Shown piece after piece: positions 62,890 through 64,000 of a stretch of 64,000 nt of DNA; position 1 is the stretch's first letter, and every line of letters starts with the position of its first letter. The notes below the pieces were generated by a model, which saw only the letters and a list, made by a program, of their open reading frames with translations, was not told the origin of the DNA and ran no database searches. A program made the position numbers and the translations under genes. The DNA is from Bugula neritina (lineage: Eukaryota > Animalia > Bryozoa). The DNA lies in NCBI GenBank assembly GCA_964035545.1, contig OZ037768.1, positions 15,359,875 to 15,423,874 on the forward strand, written 5' to 3'.

Positions 62890-64000
62890 GCAACATACTG
62901 AAGTATACTGCGACACAATGAAGTATACTGCAACAAACTGAAATATGCTGTAGCATACTGAAATAGACTGTAACACACTGAAGTATACTCTAATATACAG
63001 AAATGTACGGTAACATACTAAAACATAGTCAACCTACTGAAATGTACTGTAACACATTGAATGATACTGCAACATACTGAAACACACTGTAACATACTGA
63101 ATTACACTGCAACATACTGCAACATGCTCAAGTACACTGCAACAGAATTAAATATACTGTAACACACTGAAACGCACTGCAAAATACTGAAGTATACTGT
63201 AACATACTGAAGCATCCTGCAACATACTGAAATATACTTCAACATACTGAAATATACCTAAAAATAATAAGACATACTGAAATACGCTGTAACAAACCGA
63301 AATGCACTGCAACACATTGGAATATACTGCAACATATCGAAATATATGGTAACCTACTGAAATATGTTGCAAACTACTGAAATATACTTCAACATACTGA
63401 AATATACCTAAAGATATTGAAACATAGTGATATACACTGTAACATACTGAAATACACTGCAACACATCGGAATATTCTGCAACATACCAAATTACATCGT
63501 AACCTACTGAAATATGTTGCAAGCTACCTAAATATACTGCAATATACTGCAACTTACTGAAATACATTGTAAGATACTGAAACACACTGCAACATTTTGC
63601 AACCCACTAAAATACACTGCAACATACTGAAATACACTGTCACATACTGAATTACACTGTAACATACTGCAACATACTGCAACAAAATGAAATACACTGG
63701 AACATACTGAAATACACTGCAACACATTTGAATATACTGCAACATACCAATATATATGGTAACCTACTGAAATATGTTGCAAACTACCGAAGTATACTGC
63801 AGCATACTGCCACATAATGAAATATACTGCAATATACTGAAATATACTGCAAGATTCTGCAACATACTGAAATACACTGTAACATACTGAAACACATTTC
63901 AACAAACTAAAATATACTGAAACACACCAAAAATTATTGCAACTGTGCAACATAATAAAAATATACCGCAAAACACTGAAATATACCACAACACACTGAA
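62890..64000. repeat. Dispersed copies of upstream blocks: ~53140-53940 (offset 9756), then ~56995-57310 (offset 6694)
   Basis: ACGGTAACATACTAAAACATAGTCAACCTACTG is at 53251 and 63007, and ORFs 53392/63148 match. CACTGGAACATACTG...CATTTGAATA...TACCGAAGTATACTGCAGCATACTGCCAC is at 57001, 61174 and 63695. Confidence 0.85.

Larger units (their letters stand above)
1..64000. repeat. Satellite DNA array: degenerate 10-bp monomer (consensus AYACTG[C/T/A]AA[C/T]) organised as ~20-bp dimers, single orientation, no unique sequence
   Basis: Every line consists of ATACTGCAAC/ATACTGAAAT/ACACTGTAAC/ACACTGCAAC variants in a 10-bp register, visible as aligned columns in the 10-base blocks. The + strand is A-rich and G-poor throughout (dimer ATACTGAAATACACTGCAAC = 9A/5C/4T/2G). 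Confidence 0.99.

Noticed and set aside
9-63989. Hundreds of minus-strand ORFs (60-273 aa) rich in C/V/Y/Q/S/F, including the longest at 56082-56903 and 60255-61076
   Set aside because: They overlap in all three frames with the same peptide words, and their boundaries shift with 10-bp and 1-bp indels between HOR copies. No domain or codon structure is visible. They follow directly from the stop-poor repeat.
1-64000. CRISPR-like or other repeat-spacer array, with GGTAACCTAC landmarks as repeats
   Set aside because: The intervening DNA is itself 10-bp satellite rather than unique spacers, the spacing is irregular, and there is no leader or cas gene.
1-64000. Telomeric repeat array
   Set aside because: There is no G-run motif such as TTAGGG on either strand. 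Kilobase HORs with inherited variants indicate recombinational amplification rather than telomerase synthesis. A subtelomeric location cannot be excluded.
1-64000. Fungal RIP signature (many CA/TA alternations: ACAC/ATAC, GCAAC/GTAAC)
   Set aside because: RIP would also convert TpG to TpA heavily and diversify the copies. Here CTG is largely retained and HOR copies are near-identical.
40700-64000. Transposon or unique-sequence insertion in the diverged region
   Set aside because: Even the most irregular stretches (44860-45000, 57590-57790) keep monomer remnants. No terminal repeats, target-site duplications or coding remnants were found.

Overview
The whole 64 kb window is one uninterrupted, single-orientation satellite DNA array, most likely from a eukaryotic (peri)centromeric or heterochromatic region. 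I find no credible gene, RNA gene, transposon, CRISPR array or unique DNA. The basic monomer is a degenerate 10-mer (ATACTGCAAC / ATACTGAAAT / ACACTGTAAC / ACACTGCAAC), usually arranged as a 20-bp dimer (ATACTGAAAT-AYACTGYAAC), with a weak underlying 5-bp pattern. These monomers are organised into kilobase-scale higher-order repeats (HORs) that change along the window: about 2386/2306 bp (1-15 kb), 1901 bp (15-19.2 kb), 2925/3815/3024 bp (19.3-32 kb), a 1750-bp unit nested in a 5066-bp super-repeat (29.6-39.8 kb), a diverged mosaic zone with a ~3244-bp duplication (40.7-50 kb), an irregular zone with 570-830 bp duplications (50-54 kb), and a near-perfect 4173-bp tandem duplication (54-62.4 kb). 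Diagnostic variants suggest a layered history in which a younger central expansion (~19.3-39.8 kb) is flanked on both sides by matching older sequence. The hundreds of minus-strand Cys/Val/Tyr/Gln-rich ORFs are artefacts of the repeat. Periods come from offsets between matching ORFs and landmark motifs. Domain boundaries were set by eye and are approximate to tens of bp. The organism cannot be identified from this window.
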